Assembly (NCBI RefSeq): GCF_009914755.1
Contig: NC_060926.1
Source of the DNA: the human T2T-CHM13v2.0 reference genome, Homo sapiens
DNA: 64,000 bases
Reading direction: 5' to 3' (one strand)
Made by a program: the position numbers and the translations under genes. Positions 1 through 13,584 of this stretch are shown here, in pieces; the stretch's first letter is position 1; the number at the start of each line of letters is the position of its first letter. The notes under the pieces are model-generated. The model did not search any database and was not told the origin of the DNA. It was given only the letters and a program-made list of their open reading frames with translations.

Positions 1-454
1 AATGCCAACCTGTGAAAGCAGCTGGAAGGGAGGCTGTACACTGCAAAGCCACAGGGGTGGAGCTGTCCAAGACCATGGGAACCCATCTGTTGCATTAGCC
101 TGACCTGGATGTGAGACCTGGAGTCAAAGGAAATCATTTTGGAGTTTTAAAATTTGACTGCCCCACTGGATTTTTGACTTGCATGGGCCCTGTAACCCCT
201 TTGTTTTAGCCAGTTTCTTCCATTTGGAATGGCTGTATTTACCCAATACCTTTATCCCCACTGTATCTAGGAAGTAACTAGTTTGCTTTTGATTTTACAG
301 GCTCATAGGTGGAAGGGACTTGTCTCAGATGAGACTTTGGACTGTGGACTTTTGAGTTAATGCTGAAATGAGTTAAGACTTTGGGGGACTGTTGGGAAGG
401 CAAGATTGGTTTTGAAATGTGAGGACATGAGATTTGGAGGGAACAAGGGCGGAA
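1..454 (+). mobile_element. THE1A-int (MaLR internal sequence, 3' part; continues upstream of window)
   Basis: Typical THE1/MST internal 3' sequence (gacctggatgtgagacctggagtcaaagga...gagactttggactgtggacttttgagttaatgctgaaatgagttaagactttggggg) ending in a purine-rich tract next to the LTR. Confidence 0.9.
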
Positions 455-804
455 TGATATGGTTTGGCTGTGTCCCCACCCAAATCTCGTCTTGAGATTG
501 TACTCCCATAATTCCCATGGGTTGTGGGAGAGACCTGGTGAGAGATAATTTGAATCACGGAAGCAGTTTCCCCCATACTGTTCTCATGGTAGTGAATAAG
601 TCTCACGAGATTGGATGGTTTTATCAGGGGTTTCCGCTTTTGTATCTTATTTTCTTTTGCCACCACCGTGTAAGAAGTGCCTTTCACCTCCTGCCATGAT
701 TCTGAGGCCTCCCCAGCCATGTGGAACTATAAGTCCGATTAAACCTCTTTTTCTTCCCAGTCTTGGGTATGTATCTATCAGCAGCATGAAAATGGACTAA
801 TATA
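455..804 (+). mobile_element. THE1A LTR (3' LTR)
   Basis: Starts tgatatggtttggctgtgtccccacccaaatctc and ends gaaaatggactaatata; ttttatcaggggtttccgcttttg is THE1A-like. Confidence 0.9.
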
Positions 805-807
805 GTT

Positions 808-896
808 TTAGCACAGCATTAAACCAAGTCCAGAGCCCTTTTGGATGTAGGGCTCTATGAGACTGCACAGGCTGCCCATTCATGAAGCCAACCCTG
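808..896 (-). mobile_element. MER45A-like hAT-Tip100 fragment
   Basis: Reverse complement reads cagggttggcttcatgaatgggcagcctgtgcagtctcatagagccc...cttggtttaatgctgtgct, matching the recalled MER45A 5' end. Confidence 0.65.
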
Positions 897-1149
897 CCTG
901 GAACAACTTCAAGGATTCTCACTTTCAGCATTACCCAATGATAAGGGTATTTGCCCTTGATGAGAAAGGAGAAACAATGAGGTGACAGAGGGTTCAGGGA
1001 TGAAGACGTTAGAGCCACCAATGAACAATTCCATCAGCTTCTCCACTGAGGTGAATGCTGCGCCTGTATTTGAGTTACCTTGTGAGAGGAACGACATTGT
1101 AAGGTGCTAGTAGTAAGTGCCCTGCAATTGCACTCAAGGGTCTTGTGCT

Positions 1150-1310
1150 CTGATCTCAGCTTGGCCCCTACTAGGCATGATACAACTTCTCTGAGTGCCA
1201 ATGTTCCCATCTACACAATGGGGATAATATTAGATACCTCATAGGGCTTCTGTGAGAAGTAAATAATGAATGATATACGCACATTGTAGGTGCCACTAAA
1301 TGTCATTTTT
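1150..1310 (+). mobile_element. MIR SINE fragment
   Basis: MIR core: aacttctctgagtgccaatgttcccatctacacaatggggataatattagatacctcatagggcttctgtgaga. Confidence 0.7.
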
Positions 1311-1668
1311 TATTCCCACTCAGGAGAGTTATTAATTCTGTGCTACCAAAAATTAATAGGTAGAAAGCCCTGTGCTGAAGAAAATCTGGAAGGAGGATTG
1401 AAAACGTCTGCAATTTGGCTCCAACCAGGGCTTCAGTTCCAAGGATAGTAGCAGGCTGACTATTAAAGATGATAATGTCTCTTGATAGTCATTAAGCTTT
1501 ATAATATCAGTAAATTATTAAAATTATATTTTTAGTAATCACTAATTATTTGATGATAGAACTGCCTATATAGGAGAAATGAACAGTTATGCACCTGAAT
1601 TATAGCGCTGGACTAATTCCCTTTACTTCTGTTTTAATCTAGGGCTGAAGTTGCCTAGGGTATATTTA

Positions 1669-1742
1669 AGTGTGTATGTGTGTATGTATATATATATAAA
1701 TGTATGTATATATGCACACACATACATACATATATATTTATA
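1669..1742. repeat. (TG)/(TA)/(CA) low-complexity repeat
   Basis: gtgtgtatgtgtgtatgtatatatatata...cacacatacatacatatat. Confidence 0.8.
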
Positions 1743-3160
1743 GTTTCACCTTCTGTAAATGAATTTTATTCAGTTTCCTTCCTATTTGCATGTAAATATG
1801 TCACTTCTCATTTCCTGGCAGAGTAAGGGGACCAGCAAATGTTGGCCAGTCTGCTGCTTGGATTCACAATCACCCACCACTAAACTGGCATAGACTTTAT
1901 TTGTGCTGAGTTTTCTTTTTATTCTGTAAATCTGTGGTTATTGCAATCACTGATGCACGACTATAGGGTCTGTAAGAACATATTCTTGACTGGGAAATGA
2001 TTCCATGGTTCATTTTACCCTTGACAGCCTACAGAAGTAAGCATAACTCTCCAAAGGACAGCAGGGAGAAGGCAAAAGAGGAAGAAGCAGGCAGGGACCC
2101 AAAGGGCACTTGGCCTTTCAAGGGACTGGGCAGGCTAGCAGGCTGTGGGCTCATCTTTAAACGAGGTCCACACACTTCAGAGAACTTGGCCCTGGACTGG
2201 GGATATGTTAAAATCTACGGAAAATTCGTCCTGACCCTATCTTTTCTTCTCCCGCATGTTCACCCCCTAAAACACCTATTTCAAGCCATGCTGTATATCT
2301 CCATTGACAAAAATATTTCTTAAGCCCTAGACATTTTCCACTCACTTCTAGGTCCGGGGAACTGTAACTCTATATTTAAGAGTGGAGTAGTTCATAAAGC
2401 AACCAAACTTTTTTCTCTTCTTTAACTCCAAACTCCCTCAGGGGCCTAGTTTTTTCCTGATATTTAATGAAAAGGTGGGAAGTTTCCATAGTTTACCCAG
2501 CCTTCTGGATATGGTAGGTTTAAAAAAAAAAATCCTTGGTTTACAGGTGGTCACAAGAACAGTAATTAAAATAAATCCTCCAGTGTAATAAAAATTCCTT
2601 ACTTAATTCCAAGTTCACAAATCTCCCTTTTTTCAGTTGAGACCTGCTGTGGTGGGATGATTTTTCCTTTTTCCCATTCCCGTTGTCTTTCACTTCTTAT
2701 CTATTCCTTCTCAATAGGGAGTCTCTGACTTCCACAAGGAGATGGAGGAAGTATGTGGTAGCAAACATTTTTGTTGACTATCCTCTTTTGAACCGGCATG
2801 TTGCCCTTTCCGGATTCCTCATAGATGTTGCTGTCTCATGAGATGCTTTCCTAAGTTTATGGAATACTCTACTTCTCCAGAAAGGACCCACTTTTTAGGA
2901 AGGGGTGGGAGATTTCCTTTGACTGGCCACCTAAGTTTCTGGGCTTCACATGTGGTAGCTGGTTGTGCATTCCCTAAAAGCTGTCTTCTTGAGTGGAAAT
3001 TATCCCAGGCTTGATCCTGGTAAGTGGTTCAGATTTAGTATCTTGGCACATATTATTTTGCTGTTGGCCTTTGGGGTTTAATTCCGTTTCAGCATCCTGT
3101 TGTGTTACGATGAGGACAACAAGGGCAGAGACAGCATAGCAGTTGAAAGCAAAGGCTTTA

Positions 3161-3383
3161 AGCTTGGGTAATATGGCAAGACTCATGTCTACAAAAAAAA
3201 AATTAAAATAAATCAACCGGGTGTGGTGGTGCATATCTATAATCCCAGCTACTCCAGAGGATTCTTTGAGGTCAGGAGTTCAAGGCTGCAGTGAGCTATG
3301 ATTGCACCACTGCACTCCAGCCTAGGCAACAAAGCAAGACCCTCTATCAAAAAGAAAAAAAGAAAAAAAGTAAAAAAGAAAAA
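3161..3383 (+). mobile_element. 5'-truncated AluJ inserted in a MIR
   Basis: Alu right arm with J-type ttcaaggctgcagtgagctatgattgcacc; A-tail; TSD aaagcaaaggcttta (3146-3160) / aaagcaaacgcttta (3384-3398). Confidence 0.9.
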
Positions 3384-3398
3384 AAAGCAAACGCTTTA

Positions 3399-3565
3399 TG
3401 GTTCATGTCCTGCATGTTTAACTGAATAGCTGTGTGCAGCTTAACCTCTCTGAGTCTCAATTTCTTTATCTGTAAAGTGGAATGCTAATACCTAATTCAG
3501 AGACTTGTTATCGATGAAATGATTATAAGATCTAGCACACAGGCACTCAACCAACATAGGATATT
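3399..3565 (+). mobile_element. MIR (continuation after the Alu; 5' part at ~3125-3160)
   Basis: tagctgtgtg...cttaacctctctgagtctcaatttctttatctgtaaagtgg core. Confidence 0.75.
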
Positions 3566-3823
3566 GCACCTGACCTACGATTTCTCAGCAATCATATGGT
3601 CCTGGATTTACCCTGTGCCGTGGCAAGAAGCAAGTGGTCCAATACTAGACTTGCCATTACATGCTCTACAACAGTTATGAAAGTGTTTTTCAAAAATACT
3701 CCAGCCAGCCACTTAAGAAGAGATCTTTGATGTGTAATGTGTTCAATTTTTAAACTGTCTGCACGTATAATTTCTCATGTCATTTTCATGACATCCATGT
3801 AGAGCAGGCAAAAGAAGGCAGTG

Positions 3824-4146
3824 CATTTGGCCCTCCGTATCCATGGGTTCTGCATCCCTGTATTCAACCAACCCTGGATTGAAAATATTTAAAAAAAATT
3901 GCATCTGCTATTGAACACATATAGACTTTTTCATCATTATTCCCTGAACAATATAGTTTAACAACTATTTACCTGGCATTGTACTAGGTACTATATGTGA
4001 TCTAGAGATAATTTAAAGTATACGGGAAGGTGTACATAGATTATATGCAAACACTACACTATTTTATATAAGGAACTTGAGCATTCATGGATTTTAAGTC
4101 AGAGAGGTTCTGAAACCAATTCTCCAGGGATACTAGGGGAAGACTC
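3824..4146 (-). mobile_element. MER2 (TcMar-Tigger), near full length, within a minus-strand MIR
   Basis: Termini ggccctccgtatccatgggttctgcatcc ... aaccaattctccagggatactaggggaagactc; MIR pieces on both sides (~3745-3810 and 4150-4270). Confidence 0.85.
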
Positions 4147-5372
4147 TATATTTGCCTCTTTACAGATCAGGTGTTTGGCATGTTGTAGGGCAAAGGCTGT
4201 AGTGACAGTACTAGACCCAGAACCCAGGTCATCTGGCTTCCCAGTGCTTTTCATGCTGCACTGGCTGTCTCACACTCTGTCACAACATTATTTGCCAAAT
4301 GAGCTCTGAGTTTAGCATTAAGGTGGAAGAGATGTTATTCCCTGTGGCGATAGTTCAGCTGGAGACTTTAGTAGAGAGAAAAGTTTCTTGCACGCGTGGG
4401 TTTTCATCTGTGCAGGTGGCTTTCTGGGGCGAGTGGACAGGAATGAATGTATTTGGTGAGTTACAGGCCTGTGCTGACCTATTAGGGCACTGGTCTCTCC
4501 TTTCCTTCTGACAGCACCAGTTTCTCTAAAAATCACCCCATTGACATGCCAATAACAGAGTAGAACATGTTGACATCCAGCTGTTGCTTTCATTACCAAT
4601 TTGTTTTAATTGGTCTCACACTGTTTTCCCTTCACTTCTTTGTGCGGTGTTGGTTTAACTCTGTCTGAAACCAGCTTGGCTTGAGCTGTAAACCTTTTAT
4701 GAGGGGAACTTGCTGATGTGTGGAAAGTCAGGGGCAGCTGGCTGGGCCCGGCTGGCAAGTCTGGAACATTCCAGCCCTGACCTTAACCATTCAATGATTT
4801 TGTTTGCTCTTTCAGTGTCTCCTTTTTAAAATGTAATTCCTGAAAACTTAAAGAAAGACTATTTCTCTGGCCAAACCTCTAAGAACATTTATTCTAAATG
4901 TGTAAGTAACACATTGGTAAACTGAGAATTAGATAAGCTTGGAATGAAGGGTATTTGGCAATTATTGCTGTTGTGGGGGATAAAAGCACTTATAATTTAA
5001 ATAATCATGAGTAGGACATTTTGTTCCAGTCGGTGTTACTAATTAACCACTAAGCAGCAGCTCAGTATGGCGAATGCACTTGGAGGAGGCAGAAGTCCAG
5101 ATGGTGGGCTGTGATCCAGAAGTTTGAGTGTCAGTCAAGACTGCAAGGTGATTACAAGGTGACCAAGAGGGAGGTGACAGCTGGCATTTGCAGAAAGGTA
5201 TCTTTGTTGGTACCTGCTGGTGGTGACTACTTACTTAATGTATTGAGTAGTGTGAGATAATAGTTTAATATATTCACAAAGAATCATGATGTAGAATGTA
5301 TTCATATTGCATAGCTTAGCTTTGATTCTCAGTTATGCTCAAAATGAGCTTTTATACAGGGAAAAAGGAAAA

Positions 5373-5436
5373 CACACACATACACACAGATGCACACACA
5401 CACATGCACACCCACACACACATACACACATACACA
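5373..5436. repeat. imperfect (CA)n microsatellite
   Basis: acacacacatacacacagatgcacacacacacatgcacacccacacacacatacacacatacacag. Confidence 0.9.
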
Positions 5437-5474
5437 GAGTAAAAACAAGGGGCAAGGTTCCTTTAGGAACCAGT

Positions 5475-5903
<429 letters not shown>

Positions 5904-7474
5904 GAGATAAACTACCATGAGAAATTTTAATTTAGGAAACAATGTATTAAATGTCACAGTCACAAAGTTTAAAAAGAAAACAGTATCACAGGAACAAGGA
6001 AGAGGTTTCTTCTGGAGGATTTATTTAAAACACCAACAGCAATCTTTGCAATAAAAGCAAAACAGGTTTTATTCTGTTCAGTGCAAATTACCTCAGTTGT
6101 CTATTGCACCTGCATTCACTAAATAAATATCTCATTCTAAACTGTGACAAAAGCAAGAGTCCCTTTTCTTTTCTTTATTCTTGACTTAAAAATTATGTGA
6201 TCAGTCTGTTTTGAGATATATATATGTGACTTATATATGCGATATATATATCTTATATATGCAAAAAGATTGTGTCCTTGTAGAACCCACAAAATTTACT
6301 TATTTATCCTGCTTTAAAAAGTCAGCTGGACAAGGGGATATGTGGTTGGCTGATCTGAATCCTCAACCCTGAATTGAAAGGGAAGTGTCTCCCCGAAAGG
6401 CATGTTTATATAATCGAGAAATTAAGAATATTGGGCTATTTGTTTAACCCATGCTGAGTGCCTCCAATGTGGCAATCTCTGTGCTGGGCATGGTAGTCAC
6501 CCATACCTAAAGAACACTGAGTCTGGCATGTGTGCAATGCACAAATGCGCATGAACAAATACTTGAAAGGCTAAGAGAGTGGAGTGGTGTTAGGTAGCAA
6601 GGAGCTGGGACAGAGAGGTGGTAGGATTGGAGGCAGAGGCACACTTTACAGAGCTCAAAAATTGGCCTTGGCCTATTCTGGTAGCAGTTGTCTACCCCAC
6701 TCCTGAAAAAATTATCTATGCATTATTTTTGGCACACTGACACAGGTAGGTGGCCAAGGTTCTTTATGTGTTATAACATTGGTCATACTAAATATTGCAA
6801 ATGTGTAAATTTAAGTAACTTTTATCTGAGACTGGAGATTTATCTGTGTTTGTAAATGGTGACCTTTTGTATAAAATCTACATATAGGCAATGATGAATT
6901 CTTAGAATATGACAATGGTATAGTTCAAAATTTCACAAATCCTAAATTACTATAATAAACACATAATAAGCTTTAGGTTTTGCAATGCATTTTTAATTTA
7001 TTTATTACTTTGGCTTTTCTGACTACAGTGTTAGAAATTTTCTTTCCCAATTATTTGTTTACCTGATTTTTTTACGCATTTTCAATCAACAATTGGTCTG
7101 AGGATTTGGTACTAGGTAGCAAATAAGGGAATCACACATGTAACTCGGTGATATTGGAATCCTAAATTACATCCAATTGAATCTGATTAAAGGTTCAAAT
7201 TTTCAAAATAAAATTTTCAAAATAATTAAAAATGAAAATGTATAGAATTCCTGTCATTTTGTTCATAGATGTCTTAATAATGTGTGATGTAGTGAGTAAT
7301 GACTCATGGCTTCTGCACCTACTGTCAATGAATTCTACAGCACCACACAATTTGGAGTGGAGTAAGGAACAGATTTCACAGGAGGAACTTCTGAGCCAAG
7401 GGTCATAAAGGGTCTTCTTGAAGGAGTATGCTAGGGCCAAGAGACTCCGTTGAATGCACTGTAGTGGGATAGTG

Positions 7475-8062
7475 TGGTCAGGAGTCCCCAAGATCTCCCT
7501 CAGGTGATTTGCTAGAAGCACTCACAGAACTCAGAAAAGCAGTTATTCTCACAGTTGTGGTTTATTATAGTGAAAGGATACAGACTAATGTCAGCAATGG
7601 GAAATGCACAGAGGGCGGAGTTCAGGAGACACTAGCATGAGCTTGCAGCCATCTTCTCCCAGTGGATTTGTATGGATACTGCTTTATCGTCCCAACAATA
7701 TGTGACAACACATGGAGTATTGTAAACCAGGGAAGCTCACTCAATCCTTAGTGTCCAGGGTTTTTATTGAGGGTTGATCACATTGGCACAGAATGTCCAC
7801 AAGGCTGACCTTAATTATTTGGTCTGAAGTTCCTTCAGAGATCAAACTGCTAACATGTGGCCCACGGTCCCCACTATAAATCACATTGTTAGCATAGACT
7901 AATTGGTGTGACCCAAGGTGCCAGATAAACCAAGATGATTTTACTGGGCAGGATGTTCTAAGGGCTTAGAGGTTACCTGCCAGAAGTCAAAAGACAGGCT
8001 TTTCTCTGGAATTCTCAGGGTTTGAACATCCTCAGCGACACTGCGTTAACCCTTTACTGCAG
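7475..8062 (-). mobile_element. MER77-like ERVL solo LTR
   Basis: Reverse complement begins tgcagtaaagggttaac and ends ...tgagttctgtgagtgcttctagcaaatcacctgagggagatcttggggactcctgac. Confidence 0.75.
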
Positions 8063-10375
8063 TTGGCATTCCAGGGGAGGGTCCTTACCCATTGTACCTA
8101 TTCATAAGAACAGTTTTATCAATGGGAAGATTGTTGGATCACTGAGGCACTGAATAACTTGTCATTTGTTTAGTGAAGTTGTCAAGAAGGCCAGCTGCAT
8201 TGCATATAGGAGACTTTGGAAGCCTAGTGCAGTCCCCTCAAGCTGGAAGAAGGAGGAGCCCTTGGTCTCAGCTGCTTGCAGTCTAGGTAACCAAGAGTGA
8301 GTGTTGGCAGTCATCTTTGAACAGTGAATTATCTATAGGGAATTTTATATCCCTAAGATTTGTGCCAGTAAACAGAAATTGACTGATTTGAGGAAATTAA
8401 AATGTCCTGCCTGAAGTCAAATTTAAAACTAAAAGGAATTGGAAAGTTAATATCTGCAGAACAGACTGCAGTTGGCTCAACTATCTTTCTTTTTAGAAGA
8501 CAATGAAGAAACATTTCCTTCTTTCCTTCTTCCTTCCTTGGTGCTTGCCTGCCTGTCTTCACCAATATACCAGAATTATGGAATGCACTCATACATACTT
8601 TACAATGGAATCAAATCTGACAAGTAGGCAGTCCTTGCAGAAACCATGGCACTCTTTCTCTACTTGTGTTATACAGTAAACATCCCTATGAAAGTGATTT
8701 GTTTTCCTACGTACCCCTCAACCATTCTACAGAAAATATGAATTATTTTTTAACTCAAGGTTGATGGATGAAAGGGTGGGTAGGGGAGGGATATGACTTG
8801 AATTTACACATACTGTGTTTCTCAAAACCTGAAAGCTTACATTCTATTCTAAAGGTCTAGATGAAAGCAAGAGGTAATGTTCAGCTGAATCTCTTAAAAT
8901 TATAAACTTTCCTAAATTAGCTTGAAAACATATCAGTACTATAAAGATTCTAATTTTTCTATAGCTCAGTGGACTGAGGCTAGTTGATTGTTTAAACTTT
9001 GTCCAAATACTCTTGGGTAACAGAGATAGGTAAAAACAAAGCAATGTGACACATTTGGAAGTTGCTGAGTTATGTATCAGAGTGAGAGAAACCTTCTAAA
9101 GCCATGATTGAAAAATATGAATAGCTCTTCAGTACACTGACTTTCGTTTTTTAGCCAGGATAAAGTTTTATAAATGTGACCTCAGTACTAAATAAAAGTC
9201 ATCCCAATTAAAGAGAATTTGCTAAAATGATAATAAAATCCTGGGACAAGTCTTTGGCTGGGTATGAAATTCCCTAAGGAGGTAAGCCACATTCAGTGTG
9301 TGCTGCCAAATATTTTTGAGGTTGAATTGCTCTGGGGATTATTATCAATGGGTTTTCTTCTCTTCTTTTTGAATCAATGATTTCCTTTGTTGGATTTAGA
9401 CTGTCTTTGTATTCTCCTGACACTCATAACAAAAGATGCCCGATTTAGAAATGCTGTTTTTTAGAAAAATTCAGTGTCAGGTGAATCATTCTGTCCATTA
9501 GCCACCTGTGTTCTTCACTTTTGTCTGCAGTGCGCTCTCTCCAGCGGGGTTTCCCTCATCCTGTGTTGGGCCCAATTTCCACTTGAAAAGTAAATATTCT
9601 TTTCTGTCCTCAGCAGTGCTTCAATTTCATTCTCTCTTTATACCCACTTGCTTCTCTGGTTCTCCCAACAACCATCCTGACTCAATCTCTCATTTAGGAC
9701 TTTCAACTTATCAAGGTGAAAGGCAAGGATAATATTTCAGAATGAAAACATTCGATTTATTGCCACAGAATTCATTGCCAAGAATTTTCCAAACCACTTA
9801 GGTATAACAATTATTTGTTTTTATTACTTAGTTTTGCCATTTTACTTTTTCAATAACTATGCTATATATATGCATATATATGCCATATATTTTTATATCT
9901 TTTACTTTTATGTCAATTACTGGTCATTCACATTTTCAGCTGAACCAAGCTGTCTAAAAGGCATGTACTACTAGAAATTTGTTCAAAATAGAAAGTCTTG
10001 TTCTTTACCTTTTTAAATGGAAGGCAAGGGATTAACTACAGTAGCCAGTTGTGTTTGCTTTAATTTTAGAAGTGGATAACATGGGTATATGGTAAACTCT
10101 ATTTGAGTAGTAAGAGAATCACACATTCATAAGGTAAAAATACTTAAGTTGGCAGACATCTGTGCTACTAATTCTAGTCTTTATTGAGTTGTCTAATATT
10201 AATTGTGTTAGATATTACATATTAAATCCAGAGGATTGCTATAAATTACAGGCTTGATATATTTTTACTGGATGATCAAATATAAGAAAGCTGAGCTCTA
10301 CCTTCTTAACAAGGATGGGATAAAAATAAACAAATACTCTGAATTACCTAGATGGCTTTTGTTTACAGCACATGG

Positions 10376-10618
10376 GAGACACTACCATGGTAGATAAGTG
10401 TTTATAAGCTCTGGAGTGAGGCAACTGGTGTTCAACTCTCCTCTTCCACTGACTGTCACTGAGATTTTTCGTTAATGGTTCAACTTCTTTAAGCCTATTT
10501 TCTCTTATCAGAAAAATGGGAATGACAGTTATACTTATTTCTGAGAGTTCCTATGAAAATTTCCATATAAAGTGTTTGACACATTGCTTATCGCATACTA
10601 AATACTCAGAAAATAGTT
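10376..10618 (+). mobile_element. MIRb, near full length
   Basis: gctctggagtgaggcaactggtgttcaactc...aacttctttaagcctattttctcttatcagaaaaatgggaatgac...catactaaatactcagaaaatagt. Confidence 0.75.
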
Positions 10619-11099
10619 TTTTTCTCTTTGTAGGTGGAATTGGAATTGCTGTATAGCAAAACTTTCTACAATTGAAATTATTCAGACCACAGGGATACAT
10701 TTTATAAGCTGACACTCATCAAAGCATATACATGAGAGTAGTTCTTAAGATGCTTCTATTTCTCTAAGGTTATCTAGCTAGAAGTTTTTAGAGATGGTCA
10801 GTTCAGCTGGTAACGTCTATCCCAAACATTTTTTTTACCCCAAGACTTGATTAACACTTCTATGTTAAAATGATGCAGAACTTGTAAACCTCATTCCATT
10901 ACTGGCTCATGTAGAACGTGATTCAAAACGTAGATTCAATGTTATTTTCTAGAAATAATGCTAAAATATTGACCTGTTTTTGCATTTGTAAACATCCCTC
11001 TGTCTTTTTTGATAGTTGATTTAATGTCTTTGATAAGTATGTTCAATGTCTGGGCTTCCTCAGGGAATAGAAAAAAATCTATTCTTTTTTATTTGAATA

Positions 11100-12085
11100 G
11101 ATTTTTTTTGAATAATACTTTTTGTTTCTATGATTTGTGATTTTTTTTTGTTGAAAACTACACAATTGAATATTATGACATGGTTACTCTGAAAATAAAA
11201 TTCTCCTTCCTCATAGTTTGCTCTTCTTGATTGTTGAAGGCTATAGTCATCTGTTTAGTTACTTTTTCCAGTGATTTTTGCTATGATTATATTCTTTGTC
11301 ATGTGTATTCACTGAAGTCTTTGTTTCTTTAGTTTGTATTAAGCTAGTGTTTTGACAAAATTTTCTGGACACCAGAGGCTAAAACAGAATAAACAAACAC
11401 TTACTCCAGTCTTTATGGATTGGCTCTGTGCTGTGGCACTTCTTCAACACTTAGGCCATTTACAACTGTGCCTTAGACTTCACTTCCTGCTTGCACTGAG
11501 TCTAGAGATCAGCCAGAGGTGAAAGCTTAGGGTCTTCTCAGATATTCTGTGAGCATTCATTCTGCCCTGAGCATGAGCATGACTATATATTATTTGTCTC
11601 GATCCTAACCTTTTCACCCCAGGTGGCTATACATTTTTCATTCACCTTACAATGTTTCCAAGCAATTCTTGCCACTTTTCCATGAGTTTGAGGGGTGAAA
11701 TCGAGACTAGTGTCTTGAAGTAGTGTTTCAGATAGCTCCATACAGGTTAGAACAGACGAGCATAATATTTCACGTAAGGGCTATTTTGCCTCCCCTGGAA
11801 TCAGGTTCCATGTTTCCACACTGGACATGCAGGCTGCCATATTCAAGATGGCTGCTGAGCTGGGGAGGGATTAGGAATGGACAAGTGGAAATACCACAAA
11901 GCTTTCACTCTGTTTTCAGGTTGCTTTTTCTTGAAACAGCATTTGCTTGGTTGCTGTAAACTTTTGACTTTATTCTAGAGTTTGGAGGAAGTTAGTTCTA
12001 ATAGTTTCTGCTGTTTTTTTGTTGTTTCTGTGGCGTGATGAGCATTTGGAGCTGCCTACTTTGCTATTTTGCTGGTGTCATTTCT
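11100..12085 (-). mobile_element. ancient L1M (L1MD-type) 5' UTR
   Basis: ccttagacttcacttcctgcttgcactgag...cagccagaggtgaaagcttagggtcttctcag and terminal ggagctgcctactttgctattttgctggtgtca. Confidence 0.65.
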
Positions 12086-12349
12086 GTCTCTATCTCTTTT
12101 AAATTTGATTGACTTAACATCTGGGCAAAGTTATAAGTATATTTTATATGTTTTTCTTCCACCAACAATGATATCTTGATTTTTTTTTAGGTATGGTTGG
12201 TAAAGCCAACATTACTTATTTTAGCATATAATATACAAGGCTTTGTCCTCATAAATTTGTGATAAATTTAAAATTGTGATTTTACCAGACATATCAGTGA
12301 TTCAAATCTTGTTCAATAAAACAGCATTGGAAAAAGGCAGTTGTTTAAA

Positions 12350-12915
12350 TATACTGATTATTCATTCATATAGTAAAAGCATATTGAAGGTATAATATAT
12401 TCCAAGCATTGTAGTAATGGATCCCGGGTGTTCACAGTTGTATATAGGATGGACCCTGATCCTGAGCTACTTGAACATACTAACAAGTACTAAAATACAG
12501 TGCAATAAATGTCATAAAGTTAGGTTATCTATAAAATGCCAAAGAAACCAAGAGAAGTCAGAGTATAATTATGTGATGAGAATAGCAAAGTTTCAAAAAG
12601 GAGGAGACATTTAATCAGAGGCTTAAAAGATGGGTTGGGGTTTAGCAGGCATTCATGATAAGTTGATAACATATCCCACTTGGAATGCCATCTAGATGGA
12701 ATGAACAGCATGTATAAAGTCTTAAAAATTTAAAGCACAGCCTATTACAGGAATAGAGAACAATTTAGCTGGGCCAGAGGAATTGGCCTGTGGGAGAAGA
12801 TGCAGGAAGGCAGGCTAGAAAGTTAGGTTGTGGCCAGATCATGAGAGATATTGTGAGCCATGCTGAAGAGTTTAGACTTGATTCTGTATGGGAAAGAATG
12901 ACATAATCAGACTAC
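12350..12915 (-). mobile_element. L2 fragment
   Basis: ggaggagacatttaatcagaggcttaaaagatggg; gccagatcatgagag...gccatgctgaagagtttagacttgattctgt. Confidence 0.65.
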
Positions 12916-13247
12916 CCGAATTAAGACTTCTCACTTTCTTCCTCTATAAATCCAAACCACTTATTCACTAGGCAATGGGAACTAAGCAGCTTTTCAGTAA
13001 AAGATATTTTATGTAGAGCGAGGGACCCAGATATGATTTCTGACTACAGTTAGCTCACCCTATGGGCAGTACTTTCTGTGTTACATGCGTTTGTGACTCT
13101 CCTTAAATGACTCATCCTATTCCTGTTGATTCCATTTTTAAGAAGACTTTATCACCTTCTTTAGTTCGGTGGGGGCAGGCATAGGACTAGATGCCATGAT
13201 TTACCTCTGATTTCTTTCTTTCCACTTCAGACTTTCCACTTAAACTG

Positions 13248-13295
<48 letters not shown>

Positions 13296-13360
13296 CACAC
13301 ACATATATATAACATATATACACACACATATATATATGCACAAATATATATGTATATATT
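13248..13360. repeat. compound microsatellite (CT)~14(TA)~10(CA)n/(TA)n
   Basis: Directly visible. Confidence 0.95.
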
Positions 13361-13584
13361 CATGCTGCTGTTTACACAATCTCTATTCAGACTTCTCTCC
13401 TTCCAGATACAATTCCACCTCTTTATATCCTAAATCATGTAATCTAAATCCTTTGAGATTTTCACTGATGATCTCTCTTGCTTGCATTTTCAGTTCAATC
13501 CAATCTCTCTCCTTTCCTTATCTGCTAAAGTCCTTGGATGTCCTCATTTTCCCATCATGTAACTCATTTCTTGAATCCCTGGAA

